Of a stretch of 64,000 nucleotides of DNA, positions 1 through 12,818 are shown piece after piece. This DNA comes from Clostridiales bacterium (GTDB lineage Bacteria; Bacillota; Clostridia; Oscillospirales; CAG-272). Within the stretch, counting starts at the first letter, position 1; every line of letters starts with the position of its first letter. Position numbers and translations under genes: made by a program. The stretch spans positions 158 to 64,157 of the forward strand of contig JAAYQM010000014.1 in the NCBI GenBank assembly GCA_012519315.1. The letters run 5' to 3'. The notes below the pieces were generated by a model. The model saw only the letters and a list, made by a program, of their open reading frames with translations. It made no database searches and was not told the DNA's origin.

Positions 1-271
1 GATTGCCGTATATTTTTGATACGGTTAAATGACCGGATATCAGGGTGTATTCGTATACAATTGAAACATAGCGCCAGGTGAAAAAAATAAGAATCCAGGT
101 GAAAAGCGGAATAAGCGCCCCCAATGGAATAAAATTTGATACGTAGATGGCGACAAAGAGAAGGATAACAAATAAAATGTATCCGAAAATCAGAAGAACG
201 CGTCTGAAGAGGTGCCATCCTTCATTTTTCTTGTCCACATTATATTCTACAAAATTAGGATTGTTTATCAT
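1..271 (-). CDS. hypothetical membrane protein, N-terminal part only (gene runs off the window edge)
   Basis: ATG at 269-271 follows GAGG by 5 nt. The frame is open to position 1. The translation MINNPNFVEYNVDKKNEGWHLFRRVLLIFGYILFVILLFVAIYVSNFIPLGALIPLFTWILIFF... has two hydrophobic helices. It is absent from the ORF track because it is truncated. Confidence 0.45.
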   Translation of the reverse strand, partial: MINNPNFVEYNVDKKNEGWHLFRRVLLIFGYILFVILLFVAIYVSNFIPLGALIPLFTWILIFFTWRYVSIVYEYTLISGHLTVSKIYGN

Positions 272-452
272 GATTACCTCTTTCGGTGACGTTATTAAAC
301 CGTAGAGTGTACTTTAACAGTATAACATATAATTATAGGTTTTTCAATTGTTTTTCGGTGATAATATTTTAGGTTTTTTAGCTATTAATGTTGCAAAATC
401 TTCTTTAGACAAAAAACAAAAGGATTTTAGGTAGAATTTTTTTGATGTTGGG

Positions 453-483
453 AAAAAGACTTTGCGCGATGCCTCAAAGTCTT
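453..483 (-). terminator. putative intrinsic terminator after prmA
   Basis: Stem AAGACTTTG/CAAAGTCTT (456-464 / 475-483) overlaps the prmA stop codon. It is followed by TTTTTCC on the minus strand. Confidence 0.45.
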
Positions 484-1388
484 GCAAGCATCGCGCACCA
501 GCCGTTTTCGACTATTTCTTCAATTATAGTAAAGCCGGCAGAGGAAAGAGCCTCCTCGACTGCCTGTTTGCGTTCGCAAATAATTCCCGAAACAATAAAG
601 CTTGCACCCGGATTCATATAATTTTCGATATTGGGGGCTAGCTTGATGATAATATCGGCTACAATGTTGGCAAGGACAATGTCATATCCGCCCCTTGTAA
701 GGTCAACAGACTCGAGAAGATCGGAAATATCGCAAATAATGTTATCCTGCTTTGATGCGGCGATGTTCTCTCTTGCTACCCGAACGGCTACCGGGTCGAT
801 GTCATAGGCCGCGCAAAAGGATGCGCCGAGCTTTGAGGCGCAGATAGAAAGGATTCCGCTGCCGCAGCCTATATCCAGAACACGATCCCCTTTTTTTATA
901 TGCTTTTCCATCAGAGCAATCACAAGGCGGGTTGTTTCATGTGTTCCGGTGCCAAAGGCCATGCCGGGATCCATACGGACAACGATCTCTCCCTCTTTCG
1001 GACTGTAATCCTCCCACATGGGGACAATTGTAATCCGTCCGACCGAGATCGGCCTGTAATATTTTTTCCATGAATGTGCCCAGTTTTCTTCCTTATGTCC
1101 CACAAGCGTAACAGCGGCATCAATGTTAAGGTAGGAGAGGCGCTCCCGCAAAAAGGCAACATAATCGGAAATGTTTCCCTCGGCCGGCATGAAAATCGAC
1201 ACGGCAATACGATTGGGGTCGGCCGATAAAATTGATTCGTCGATCAAGTCTCCGTAAACCCCGTCAGTTGTTATATCGCTGTAATCCTCTATCATTAAAC
1301 CGCTGTCAAGCATACTCATAACCGCACAGATCTCATCAAGATTGATGCGGTCTCCCTCGACACGCAGTTGTATCCATTCGTTTGACAA
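474..1388 (-). CDS. prmA: ribosomal protein L11 methyltransferase
   Basis: 304 aa. SAM-binding motif VLDIGCGSGILS and GTGTHETT are present. It lies directly downstream of dnaJ, the usual Firmicute position. Confidence 0.9.
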   Translation of the reverse strand: MSNEWIQLRVEGDRINLDEICAVMSMLDSGLMIEDYSDITTDGVYGDLIDESILSADPNRIAVSIFMPAEGNISDYVAFLRERLSYLNIDAAVTLVGHKEENWAHSWKKYYRPISVGRITIVPMWEDYSPKEGEIVVRMDPGMAFGTGTHETTRLVIALMEKHIKKGDRVLDIGCGSGILSICASKLGASFCAAYDIDPVAVRVARENIAASKQDNIICDISDLLESVDLTRGGYDIVLANIVADIIIKLAPNIENYMNPGASFIVSGIICERKQAVEEALSSAGFTIIEEIVENGWCAMLARL

Positions 1389-1400
1389 AGTATTTACCCG

Positions 1401-2528
1401 TTATTTATCCTTTCCGAAAATTCTTCCAAAAAAGCTCTCCCGTTTTGTGTGATTGCTCTTGCCGCAACTTTCAGCAAAGGCACGGATCAGATCCTTCTGC
1501 TGTTGGTTCAGCCCGCGGGGAACCTCGACATTCACTGTAATATGAAGGTCGCCCTTGCCTCGGGCATTGACCATTTGTATGCCCTTCCCTTTAAGAACAA
1601 AGGTGGTGCCGGTCTGGGTTCCTTCCGGAATTGTGTGCTTGATATTCCCTTCCAGTGTAGGGATTTCGATTTCGGCGCCAAGGGCAGCCTCTGCAAAGGT
1701 AATGGGAATCTCACAGTAGAGATTGTATCCGTTACGCTCAAAAATCGGGTGGGGACGCACAATAACCGTAATGATAAGATCCCCCTTGGGACCGCCGTTT
1801 TTGCCGTCATTCCCCTCTGATCTGAGAGCTATCCGCTGCTCATCATCTATACCGGCCGGGATGGATACCTCCAGCTTCTTTGAAACTTTAACATAACCGG
1901 TTGCGCGGCAGTTCGAGCAAGGAGACTTTATAGTTTTTCCCTTTCCGTGGCAGGTATCGCAGGCGCGTGTGCTTTGAAAAAGTCCGAAAGGCGTACGCTG
2001 CTGGGTTCTTACCTGCCCGCTGCCACGGCAGGTTTGACAGGTCTCCGGAGCCGTGCCTTTGGCGGCGCCGCTGCCGCCGCACTCTCCGCATCTTTCCACT
2101 CGATTATAAGTAATTTCTTTTTTACATCCGAAGGCGGCCTCTTCAAATGATATCACGATTTTTGCATAGACATCATCACCGCGCACCGGGCCGTCCCGCC
2201 GTGTGGTGCCGCCGCCGAAAAAGGTTGAAAAAATATCACCTGAGAAAATATCCGAGAAATCAAATCCCTCAAAACCGAATCCCCCCATGCCGCCGGGTTC
2301 AAAGGCGCTGTGTCCGAATTGGTCATATTTTGCTTTGCGGTCGGGGTCAGAAAGAACGGCGTATGCTTCGTTGATTTCTTTGAATTTCTGCTCTGCCTCT
2401 TTGTCCCCCGGATTCATGTCCGGATGATACTTTTTCGCAAGGGTACGATAAGCTTTTTTTATATCATTGGCATCGGCGTTTTTTGACAGACCGAGTACCT
2501 CGTAATAATCTCGCTTGTTTTCAGCCAT
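1401..2528 (-). CDS. dnaJ: molecular chaperone DnaJ
   Basis: N-terminal J domain (DYYEVLGL...KKYHPD), a G/F-rich linker and four CxxCxGxG zinc-finger repeats (CGECGGSG, CQTCRGSG, CDTCHGKG, CSNCRATG). Confidence 0.95.
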   Translation of the reverse strand: MAENKRDYYEVLGLSKNADANDIKKAYRTLAKKYHPDMNPGDKEAEQKFKEINEAYAVLSDPDRKAKYDQFGHSAFEPGGMGGFGFEGFDFSDIFSGDIFSTFFGGGTTRRDGPVRGDDVYAKIVISFEEAAFGCKKEITYNRVERCGECGGSGAAKGTAPETCQTCRGSGQVRTQQRTPFGLFQSTRACDTCHGKGKTIKSPCSNCRATGYVKVSKKLEVSIPAGIDDEQRIALRSEGNDGKNGGPKGDLIITVIVRPHPIFERNGYNLYCEIPITFAEAALGAEIEIPTLEGNIKHTIPEGTQTGTTFVLKGKGIQMVNARGKGDLHITVNVEVPRGLNQQQKDLIRAFAESCGKSNHTKRESFFGRIFGKDK

Positions 2529-2538
2529 AAAAACACAC

Positions 2539-2571
2539 GATATGTCCGCAAGTAAAACTTGCGGACATATC
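2539..2571 (-). terminator. perfect 14-bp hairpin between dnaK and dnaJ (attenuator or partial terminator)
   Basis: GATATGTCCGCAAG-TAAAA-CTTGCGGACATATC. On the minus strand it is followed by GTGTGTTTTT and then the dnaJ ATG. Confidence 0.5.
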
Positions 2572-2587
2572 CTCCCATTTGTGAATA

Positions 2588-5088
<2,501 letters not shown>

Positions 5089-5152
5089 TATCGATTATAT
5101 ATCCTTTCTAGCCTATATTGTTATCTTGATAATTAATACTTAAAGAGACGGT

Positions 5153-6214
5153 CTATTGACCACTCATAAGAACATCTTCGCTGCTTAGTATATCACATAT
5201 GCCGGTTGCAAGCTGGTCGATCATGGTGATCACCCGTGAATAATCCATTCTTGACGGACCGAGCACACCGATAGCCCCTACCACTCGCTCTTTGTTTTTA
5301 ACCATTTTAAAAACGAGGGTGGAGTTGCTCATAATGTCAACATCACTTTCAGAGCCGATGCAGACATTAACATTGTCCCGCTTTGCCCCTGAAATAATAT
5401 TGAAAATATCTTCTTTTTGCTCTAACAGGTCAAACAGATCCCGAAGCCGATTTATATCGGAATACTCGGGATATTGCAGCAGTCGGTTGAAGCCCTCAAC
5501 TCGAAGTTCCCCCTCATCAAGGTCGCTGAGGGATTCATAGATACATTTGATAACAGGGTCAACAAGCCTCCGGTTGTGTCCGAGGCGGTGCTCCATCTCT
5601 ACGATAAGGGGCAGGGTAATTCTATCAGGAGGGAGATTGGCGATGCAATCGTTTAGAACGGTGGAAAGAAGAGCGGCCTCCTCTTGCTGTATGTCAAAGC
5701 CAAGACGAAAGGTTTTCGTTCGCACAATACCGGTTGTCGTCAGCATTACAAGAACGAAACTCCTCCTGTCAAGATACAACACCTCAAAGCGGGAGATGCT
5801 GACGATAGCAGCCTTTGGTTTTACGGCAATGCCGGTGTAATTTGTTAGAAGGGACGCCAGCTTTGTTGCAAGCTGCAGTATTTTGTCAAGCTCTGACAGC
5901 TTCGCTCTAAGAAGAAGGTTGATTTTGTCAATTTCCTGCTCGGTCAAATTGTAATTCTGAAGCAAGGAATCTACATAAAAGCGATAGCCGAGGTCAGAGG
6001 GAATACGACCGGCAGAGGTGTGAGGCTGTTCAAGATAGCCGAGTTCTTCAAGCTCCGCCATCTCGTTGCGAATAGTGGCGGAAGAGCAAGAAAGACGGGT
6101 TATCTCAGCTAAATATTTTGAGCCGACAGGCTCGCCAATATTAATATGAGCGTCAACAACAGCTTTTAATATGATTTTTTTACGATCGCTTAATTCTATT
6201 TCGCCGATATTCAA
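5153..6214 (-). CDS. hrcA: heat-inducible transcription repressor HrcA
   Basis: 353 aa with the N-terminal winged-helix pattern LSDRKKIILKAVVDAHINIGEPVGSKYL...SSATIRNEMAELEELGYL. It is the first gene of the dnaK operon and has CIRCE upstream. Confidence 0.9.
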   Translation of the reverse strand: MNIGEIELSDRKKIILKAVVDAHINIGEPVGSKYLAEITRLSCSSATIRNEMAELEELGYLEQPHTSAGRIPSDLGYRFYVDSLLQNYNLTEQEIDKINLLLRAKLSELDKILQLATKLASLLTNYTGIAVKPKAAIVSISRFEVLYLDRRSFVLVMLTTTGIVRTKTFRLGFDIQQEEAALLSTVLNDCIANLPPDRITLPLIVEMEHRLGHNRRLVDPVIKCIYESLSDLDEGELRVEGFNRLLQYPEYSDINRLRDLFDLLEQKEDIFNIISGAKRDNVNVCIGSESDVDIMSNSTLVFKMVKNKERVVGAIGVLGPSRMDYSRVITMIDQLATGICDILSSEDVLMSGQ

Positions 6215-6269
6215 ACCGCAACCCTCCTTTTTGCTTTAATCCGGGTGAAAAAAGTCGCTTTTATGCAAA

Positions 6270-6296
6270 TTAGCACTCGAGATGCTCAAGTGCTAA
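6270..6296 (-). promoter_or_regulatory. CIRCE operator (HrcA binding site)
   Basis: TTAGCACTC-N9-AAGTGCTAA against the consensus TTAGCACTC-N9-GAGTGCTAA (one mismatch). It lies just downstream of the predicted hrcA promoter. Confidence 0.85.
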
Positions 6297-6307
6297 CTCT
6301 AGAATAA

Positions 6308-6336
6308 AATTTACCATTTATACAGCAAAAAGTCAA
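6308..6336 (-). promoter_or_regulatory. putative sigma-A promoter of the hrcA operon
   Basis: On the minus strand: TTGACT (6331-6336), a 17-nt spacer, then TAAATT (6308-6313). CIRCE starts about 12 nt downstream. Confidence 0.55.
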
Positions 6337-6374
6337 GTCCATAGCGGATATTTATTGTTAATTATTTGTTAACT

Positions 6375-6414
6375 CAGGGATGCTCGGGCGTCTTTGCGTG
6401 GATCGGCATCCCTG
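6375..6414 (-). terminator. hairpin downstream of uvrA (weak terminator candidate)
   Basis: CAGGGATGC ... GCATCCCTG, a 9-bp stem immediately after the uvrA stop. There is no clear U tract. Confidence 0.3.
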
Positions 6415-6420
6415 ACAGCA

Positions 6421-9252
6421 TTATTTGATATCCAATTTTCGGCGGAGAAATTGACCGGTATAGGAGGACTCACATTTTGCTACCATTTCCGGTGTTCCGG
6501 TACAGATGACCTGCCCCCCGGCGTCGCCGCCCTCCGGACCGAGGTCAATGATATAATCCGCCGTTTTGATCATATCCAGGTTATGCTCGATGACGACAAC
6601 AGTGTTGCCCCCTTCGACAAGCTGCTGCAGGACATCAATCAGCTTTGCAACGTCGGCGGTATGGAGACCGGTGGTCGGTTCGTCCAAGAGATAGATGGTT
6701 CTTCCCGTGCTGCGTCGGGCAAGCTCGGTTGACAGCTTAACCCGCTGTGCCTCTCCCCCAGAGAGGGTGGTGGAGGATTGACCGATTTTAATATAGCCGA
6801 GTCCTACTTTGTACATTGTGTCGAGCTTGCGCTGTATTGAAGGGATGCCCGAAAAAAATTCCAATCCCTCATCTACCGTCATCTCGAGGATATCGTGAAT
6901 ATTTTTGCCCTTGTATCTGATTTCCAGCGTTTCTCTGTTGTACCTTTTGCCTTTGCAGACATCACAGGTAACATAAACATCGGGCAAAAAGTGCATTTCA
7001 ATGCACTTGACACCGTCGCCGTTGCAGGCATCGCAGCGTCCCCCTTTAACATTGAAGGAAAAACGACCGGGGGTATAGCCTCTCATTTTCGCGTCCGGCG
7101 TTTTTGCAAAAAGGGTGCGGATGTCTCCGAAGAGCCCGGTGTAGGTGGCCGGGTTTGAACGGGGAGTGCGTCCTATGGGGCTTTGGTCGATGGAAATAAT
7201 TTTATCAAGATGTTCGATCCCTTCGATTTTTCTGTAAAGACCGGGATAGGTTCTTGCACCGTTCAGCTCGTGGGCCAAAACATTGTAAAGAATGGAGTTT
7301 ACCAATGAGGATTTTCCCGATCCCGACACGCCCGTCACGCAAATGAACGCTCCGAGAGGGAACTCAACGGTGATGTTCTTGAGATTGTTCTGCCTTGCGC
7401 CGATTATTTTCAGTTTTTGTCCGTTGCCCGGTCGTCTTGTTGTGGGGACGGCAATTTTCTTTGCCCCGGAAAGGTAGGCGCCGGTGATGGAGTTTTTGTT
7501 TCTTTTGATCTCATCAGGGGTGCCTTGAGCTACGATTTTGCCGCCGTGAATGCCGGCGCCGGGACCGATGTCGATTATATAATCGGCCTTTTCCATAATC
7601 TCGTCGTCGTGCTCTACTACAATTACGCTGTTTCCAAGGTCTCTTAGTTGCTTTAAAGTGTCTATTACCTTGTTGTTGTCCCGTTGATGAAGACCGATGC
7701 TCGGCTCATCAAGGATATAAAGCACTCCAACAAGGGAGGAGCCGATCTGTGTCGCAAGGCGGATGCGTTGCGCCTCCCCTCCCGAGAGAGTTCCCGCTTT
7801 GCGGGCGGCGGTGAGATATCCAAGCCCGACACTTTCTAAAAAGCCAAGGCGGGAGCGGATCTCCTTAAGGATTTCATGGGCTATCTTTCTCTCTGATTCG
7901 TTAAGCTTGAGACCGTTTGTAAATTTTAGCATATCCGAGATGGATTTGCAACAAAGCTCGTGGATATTGATTCCTCCGACTGTGACAGCGAGAGAAGTAT
8001 CGGAGAGCCGCCCTCCTTTGCACCGGGGACAGGGGGAAACATCAACAAATTCTTCATAGTATTCATTGCCCGACTGCTCAAGACGGCGGTTGACCATGTT
8101 GACGATTCCCTCGTAGGGTACACTCTGCTGTTGTCCTTTTCCCCCAAAATAACGAGTGATATGATAAATTTCCTGCCCGGTTCCGTAAAGGAGGGCATTA
8201 AGTGCTTTCTTGGAATATTTTTCGATGGGTGTATCCAGAGTGAAGCCGTATTTTTTCCCAACAGCCTCAAAGAGAGGTCCGGTCCATGTCTGTTCGTCTG
8301 CAGATTTAAATCCTGCACAGACAATAGCCCCTTGACGGAGGGATAGGCTTCTGTCCGGGATCAGCTTATCTGCCGAAATGCTTCTCTGCTCTCCCAGTCC
8401 CGCACATTCGGGACAGGCGCCGAAGGGGTTGTTAAAGGAGAACATTCTCGGCTCAAGCTCGCCAAAGCTTATCGAATGCTCTTCACATGCATACTTTTGG
8501 GAAAAGTGCAGTTCTCTCTCTTTCTGCCCGTCTTGTTCTAATATATAGATGACAAGGCGACCGTCCGAAAGATTTAGCGCGCTTTCTACCGAATCGGTAA
8601 GCCGTGAGCGCAGATCAGGGCGCATAATGAGCCGATCAATAACAATCTCGATATTGTGCTTGATGTTTTTATCAAGGCTGATAGTTTCGCTCAACTCGTA
8701 CATATTGCCGTCAACACGAACACGAACATAGCCGCTTCTTTTCGCCTCGGCAAAAACCTTTTCATGCTTTCCCTTAGCCCCGCGGACAACAGGGGAGAGA
8801 ACAAGAAATCGGGTTCCCTCGGGCAGCGTCATAATGCTGTCAAGTATTTTGTCGGTGGTTTGCTGCCGGATTTCCTTACCACAGACCGGGCAATGAGGCA
8901 CTCCCAGCCGCGCGTAAAGCAGGCGCAGATAGTCATATATTTCGGTGACCGTTCCGACGGTGGAACGGGGGTTTTTTGATGTTGTTTTTTGGTCGATGGC
9001 AATAGCAGGGGACAGCCCTTCGATAGAGTCGATATCGGGCTTGTCCAATTGACCTAAAAACATCCGCGCATATGAGGACAGCGACTCGACAAAGCGCCGA
9101 TGTCCCTCGGCGTAGAGGGTGTCAAAGGCTAATGAAGATTTTCCTGAGCCTGACAGACCGGTGAAAACGACCAATTTGTCTCTCGGTATGGTCAGGTCGA
9201 TATTTTTCAGATTGTGGACGCGAGCGCCCTTGATTTTTATGGTATGTGACAT
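6421..9252 (-). CDS. uvrA: excinuclease ABC subunit UvrA
   Basis: 943 aa. Two ABC ATPase modules (GLSGSGKSS and GVSGSGKSS Walker A, two LSGGE signatures) and zinc-finger cysteines. Confidence 0.95.
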   Translation of the reverse strand: MSHTIKIKGARVHNLKNIDLTIPRDKLVVFTGLSGSGKSSLAFDTLYAEGHRRFVESLSSYARMFLGQLDKPDIDSIEGLSPAIAIDQKTTSKNPRSTVGTVTEIYDYLRLLYARLGVPHCPVCGKEIRQQTTDKILDSIMTLPEGTRFLVLSPVVRGAKGKHEKVFAEAKRSGYVRVRVDGNMYELSETISLDKNIKHNIEIVIDRLIMRPDLRSRLTDSVESALNLSDGRLVIYILEQDGQKERELHFSQKYACEEHSISFGELEPRMFSFNNPFGACPECAGLGEQRSISADKLIPDRSLSLRQGAIVCAGFKSADEQTWTGPLFEAVGKKYGFTLDTPIEKYSKKALNALLYGTGQEIYHITRYFGGKGQQQSVPYEGIVNMVNRRLEQSGNEYYEEFVDVSPCPRCKGGRLSDTSLAVTVGGINIHELCCKSISDMLKFTNGLKLNESERKIAHEILKEIRSRLGFLESVGLGYLTAARKAGTLSGGEAQRIRLATQIGSSLVGVLYILDEPSIGLHQRDNNKVIDTLKQLRDLGNSVIVVEHDDEIMEKADYIIDIGPGAGIHGGKIVAQGTPDEIKRNKNSITGAYLSGAKKIAVPTTRRPGNGQKLKIIGARQNNLKNITVEFPLGAFICVTGVSGSGKSSLVNSILYNVLAHELNGARTYPGLYRKIEGIEHLDKIISIDQSPIGRTPRSNPATYTGLFGDIRTLFAKTPDAKMRGYTPGRFSFNVKGGRCDACNGDGVKCIEMHFLPDVYVTCDVCKGKRYNRETLEIRYKGKNIHDILEMTVDEGLEFFSGIPSIQRKLDTMYKVGLGYIKIGQSSTTLSGGEAQRVKLSTELARRSTGRTIYLLDEPTTGLHTADVAKLIDVLQQLVEGGNTVVVIEHNLDMIKTADYIIDLGPEGGDAGGQVICTGTPEMVAKCESSYTGQFLRRKLDIK

Positions 9253-9293
9253 ATATGCTCCGTATTAAAAATTCCTTTTGGTATGGCGGCGAT

Positions 9294-11264
9294 TTATAGC
9301 CCCCGCAATTCCTTGATTTTATCACGCAGGTAGGCGGCCTTTTCAAATTCGAGATGCTTTGCGGCTTCACGCATTTCATTTGTGTAGGTTTCTATAAGCT
9401 TTTCCCGCTCGGCTTTGGTCATGCGCTTTTTCTTGGCGGTTGATTTTTCGGGTGAGCTGTCCGGCTTTGTGCCGATTTCGATGATGTCCCGAACCGCTTT
9501 TTGTATAGATTGTGGCGTGATGCCGTTCTCCTCGTTATAGCGCTGTTGGATGGCGCGGCGCCGATTTGTTTCATCAATGGCGGCTCGCATGGAATCGGTG
9601 ATGGTGTCGGCGTACATGACAACTTTGCCCTCAACGTTTCGCGCGGCGCGACCGATGGTCTGAATCAGTGAGGTTTCGGAGCGCAAAAAGCCCTCCTTGT
9701 CGGCGTCAAGTATCGCTACAAGAGAAACCTCAGGTATATCTAGCCCTTCCCGCAAAAGATTGATGCCGATAAGGACGTCAAAATGACCTAATCTCAAATC
9801 CCGAATGATCTCCATACGCTCAATGGTTTCAACATTATGGTGAATATATTTGACCTTTATTTGATGGGAATCGAGATATTCGGTAAGATCCTCCGCCATT
9901 TTCTTGGTAAGGGTGGTAACAAGCACACGCTCTCCCCTATCCGCTCGTTCACGTATTCTGCCGATCAAATCATCCACCTGTCCCGCAACAGGACATACTT
10001 CCACCTCAGGATCAACAAGCCCGGTGGGGCGTATGATCTGTTCAACCGTTTGCTGAGAACGGGAACGCTCATAATCGGAGGGGGTTGCGCTGACATAGAT
10101 GACCTGATTTATTTTCCGCTCAAATTCGGAAAAATAGAGCGGGCGATTGTCATAGGCGGAGGGGAGTCTGAATCCAAAATCTATAAGATTTTTCTTTCGT
10201 GCGGTATCTCCACCGCTCATCCCCTTCACCTGAGGGAGAGTTACATGGGATTCGTCAACAAATATTATATAGTCGTCGGGGAAATAATCGAGCAGAGTAT
10301 AGGGTGTGGATCCGGGTCTTCTTCCGCTAAGCACGCGGGAATAATTCTCTACTCCCGAACAAAAACCGACCTCCCGCAGCATCTCAAGATCATAGCGGGT
10401 ACGCTCCTCTATTCGTTGCGCTTCAATAAGCTTGCCTGCCGACTTAAAAAACTCGATCCTTTCTTCAAGCTCGGTCTCGATTTCCTTCAATGCCCGTTCA
10501 CGTTTTTCGTCTGATACGGCATAGTGGGTTGCCGGATAAATGGCGACATAATTAAGAATTTTTGTAAGCTCGCCGGTTACAACGTTAATTTCCGAAACGC
10601 GCTCGATTTCATCTCCGAAAAACTCAACGCGAATGGCTTTTTCACCGGAGGAGGCCGGAAAAACTTCAACAACGTCTCCCCTTACCCGGAACTTATCACG
10701 GACAAGATTTAGATCATTGCGGTCATAGCTTATGCTGACAAGCTTTCTCATAAACTCGTCCCGATCCATCTTCATTCCGGGGCGGACGGCGAGGTGCAGG
10801 CTGCGGTACTCGGCAGGGTCGCCCAAGCTGTAAATGCAGGAAACGCTTGCAACAATGATGACATCTCGTCGCTCAAACAGGGCGGAGGTCGCGCTGTGGC
10901 GCAGCATATCAATTTCATCGTTGATCAGGGCATCCTTTTCGATATACATATCACGGCCGGGGATATATGCCTCCGGCTGGTAATAATCGTAGTAGGAAAC
11001 AAAATATTCCACCGCATTGTTGGGGAAGAATTCTCTGAATTCGGAACAAAGCTGTGCGGCAAGTGTTTTATTGTGCGCGAGAACAAGGGTAGGGCGGTTG
11101 ACCCTTGCAATGACGTTTGCCATTGTAAAGGTTTTCCCTGAGCCGGTTACCCCGATGAGAACCTGCTCCTTTTTCCCTCGAAGTATGCCGTCTGCCAGTT
11201 TTTCGATAGCCCTAGGCTGATCCCCTGTCGGTTGATACGGGCTGACAAGTTCAAATTTATTCAT
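9294..11264 (-). CDS. uvrB: excinuclease ABC subunit UvrB
   Basis: 656 aa. Contains [11 protein letters not shown], Walker A GVTGSGKT, helicase motifs and a C-terminal UVR domain ([16 protein letters not shown]). Confidence 0.95.
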   Translation of the reverse strand: MNKFELVSPYQPTGDQPRAIEKLADGILRGKKEQVLIGVTGSGKTFTMANVIARVNRPTLVLAHNKTLAAQLCSEFREFFPNNAVEYFVSYYDYYQPEAYIPGRDMYIEKDALINDEIDMLRHSATSALFERRDVIIVASVSCIYSLGDPAEYRSLHLAVRPGMKMDRDEFMRKLVSISYDRNDLNLVRDKFRVRGDVVEVFPASSGEKAIRVEFFGDEIERVSEINVVTGELTKILNYVAIYPATHYAVSDEKRERALKEIETELEERIEFFKSAGKLIEAQRIEERTRYDLEMLREVGFCSGVENYSRVLSGRRPGSTPYTLLDYFPDDYIIFVDESHVTLPQVKGMSGGDTARKKNLIDFGFRLPSAYDNRPLYFSEFERKINQVIYVSATPSDYERSRSQQTVEQIIRPTGLVDPEVEVCPVAGQVDDLIGRIRERADRGERVLVTTLTKKMAEDLTEYLDSHQIKVKYIHHNVETIERMEIIRDLRLGHFDVLIGINLLREGLDIPEVSLVAILDADKEGFLRSETSLIQTIGRAARNVEGKVVMYADTITDSMRAAIDETNRRRAIQQRYNEENGITPQSIQKAVRDIIEIGTKPDSSPEKSTAKKKRMTKAEREKLIETYTNEMREAAKHLEFEKAAYLRDKIKELRGL

Positions 11265-11582
11265 TTTTGTTCCTTTCCTTGAATTTGCAGATCAATGCCG
11301 AAAGCTCCCTGTTGCGTTGAAAATACGATTGTCGATAACGCCTTTTTTATGATTTTGTAATAAAACGAAGCAGAAGCTGCTTGTCAAAAAACATTGTGAA
11401 GTTATCAATATTTTATTATACCATATTATCATGCAAAAAGGAATATGGTAAATATATGTTAATGAGTGCATTTGTCAAAACAATGAAAACCGGCAAAACT
11501 AACCGACCGGAAGTATAAATGCAGGGATATGACATAATGATATAAAAGATTGGTCATATTATGTGTTGTTTGCCTAAAAAGA

Positions 11583-11610
11583 TTGACTTCAATTGATATT
11601 CGGATATAAT
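11583..11610 (+). promoter_or_regulatory. putative sigma-A promoter for the oxidoreductase gene
   Basis: TTGACT (11583-11588), a 16-nt spacer, then TATAAT (11605-11610). Confidence 0.5.
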
Positions 11611-11673
11611 ATGATTGTTACTTTATAATCTATATACTATATAATAAAGATTTGTTGAAAAAGAGGGTTAACC

Positions 11674-12723
11674 ATGAAAAAGAAAGTAGCAATAGTCGGA
11701 TACGGCGGAATGGGCGGATGGCACGCCAGATATGCGCTGAAGAGCGATGTCATTCAACTAGCCGGCATATATGATATTAAAGAAACGCGGAATGATGCGG
11801 CTCGCACAGACGGCATACACGTTTATGCGTCTTATTCGGATATGATTGCCGATCCTGATGTTGAAATTGTTATCATTGTAACGCCGAATGAGGTACATCT
11901 TCCCCAGGCAGTTGAGGCAATGGCTGCAGGCAAGCATGTGGTTAGCGAAAAACCTGTGGCTCTTTCGTCGAAGGAGCTTGCCGAGATGATCGATGCTTCG
12001 GTCAGATACAACAGGATTTTTACTGTTCATCAAAACCGCCGCTGGGATGGGGATTTTTTGGCTATGAAGAAGCTGTATCAAACAAGCAACGATCTCGGCG
12101 AAATATTTAATATCGAATCGAGAGTTCACGGCTCTCGCGGAATTCCCGGTGACTGGCGGGGAATGAAGAAGCATGGTGGCGGAATGCTGCTTGACTGGGG
12201 AGTTCACCTTATCGATCAGATTCTTCAGATGGAAAAGAGCAAGATAAGCCGCATTTATTGCAGATTTGATCATATCACAAACGATGAGGTGGATGATGGA
12301 TTCAAGCTCGATTTAATGTTTGAAAACGGGCTTATTGCTCGTGTGGAAGTGGGAACCAGCAATTTTATCAAGCTTCCCAGATTCTATATGCAGGGCACCA
12401 ACGGAACTGCCATTATCCGAGACTGGACATCGAACTGTGAGGTTGTTTGCTGCAAGAACAACGATGAAAAGGATGTAAAGCCGGTGGTAACGGCGGCCGG
12501 TCTCACAAAGACGATGGCGCCTCGTACCGAGGATTCTGTTACACAGTACGAGTTTGAGCTTCAAAGACCGGACGTGCACGATTTTTACAGAAATGTGTGT
12601 GCCGCCATTGACGGTAAGGAAGAGTTGATTGTCAAGCATGATGAGGTCATGCGTGTCATGAAGGTAATGGAGGCGGCCATGGAGTCGGACAGGCTCGGGC
12701 AGGTAGTCGATTTTAACGGTTGA
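11674..12723 (+). CDS. Gfo/Idh/MocA family oxidoreductase
   Basis: 349 aa. N-terminal Rossmann fold (KVAIVGYGGMGGWH), the EKP motif (VVSEKPVA) and a typical family C-terminal domain. The substrate cannot be determined. Confidence 0.8.
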   Translation: MKKKVAIVGYGGMGGWHARYALKSDVIQLAGIYDIKETRNDAARTDGIHVYASYSDMIADPDVEIVIIVTPNEVHLPQAVEAMAAGKHVVSEKPVALSSKELAEMIDASVRYNRIFTVHQNRRWDGDFLAMKKLYQTSNDLGEIFNIESRVHGSRGIPGDWRGMKKHGGGMLLDWGVHLIDQILQMEKSKISRIYCRFDHITNDEVDDGFKLDLMFENGLIARVEVGTSNFIKLPRFYMQGTNGTAIIRDWTSNCEVVCCKNNDEKDVKPVVTAAGLTKTMAPRTEDSVTQYEFELQRPDVHDFYRNVCAAIDGKEELIVKHDEVMRVMKVMEAAMESDRLGQVVDFNG

Positions 12724-12766
12724 TTTTAGTGGAATAGCAATATTGCTTTGCGGTTATTTAATAATG

Positions 12767-12816
12767 AAAAGAGCCATCGGATGACATAAAATTCTCCGGT
12801 GGCTCTTTTTGTTTTT
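12767..12816. terminator. intrinsic terminator between convergent genes
   Basis: AAAAGAGCCATCGGA ... TCCGGTGGCTCTTTT stem followed by TTTGTTTTTG. Confidence 0.65.
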
Positions 12817-12818
12817 GT

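Noticed and set aside
9837-10514. 225-aa plus-strand ORF
   Set aside because: It is antisense to uvrB and is a shadow ORF.
11265-11673. Looked for a LexA/Cheo SOS box (CGAAC-N4-GTTCG) upstream of uvrB
   Set aside because: No match was found. The only palindrome is AAGCAG-AAG-CTGCTT, which does not resemble the SOS box.
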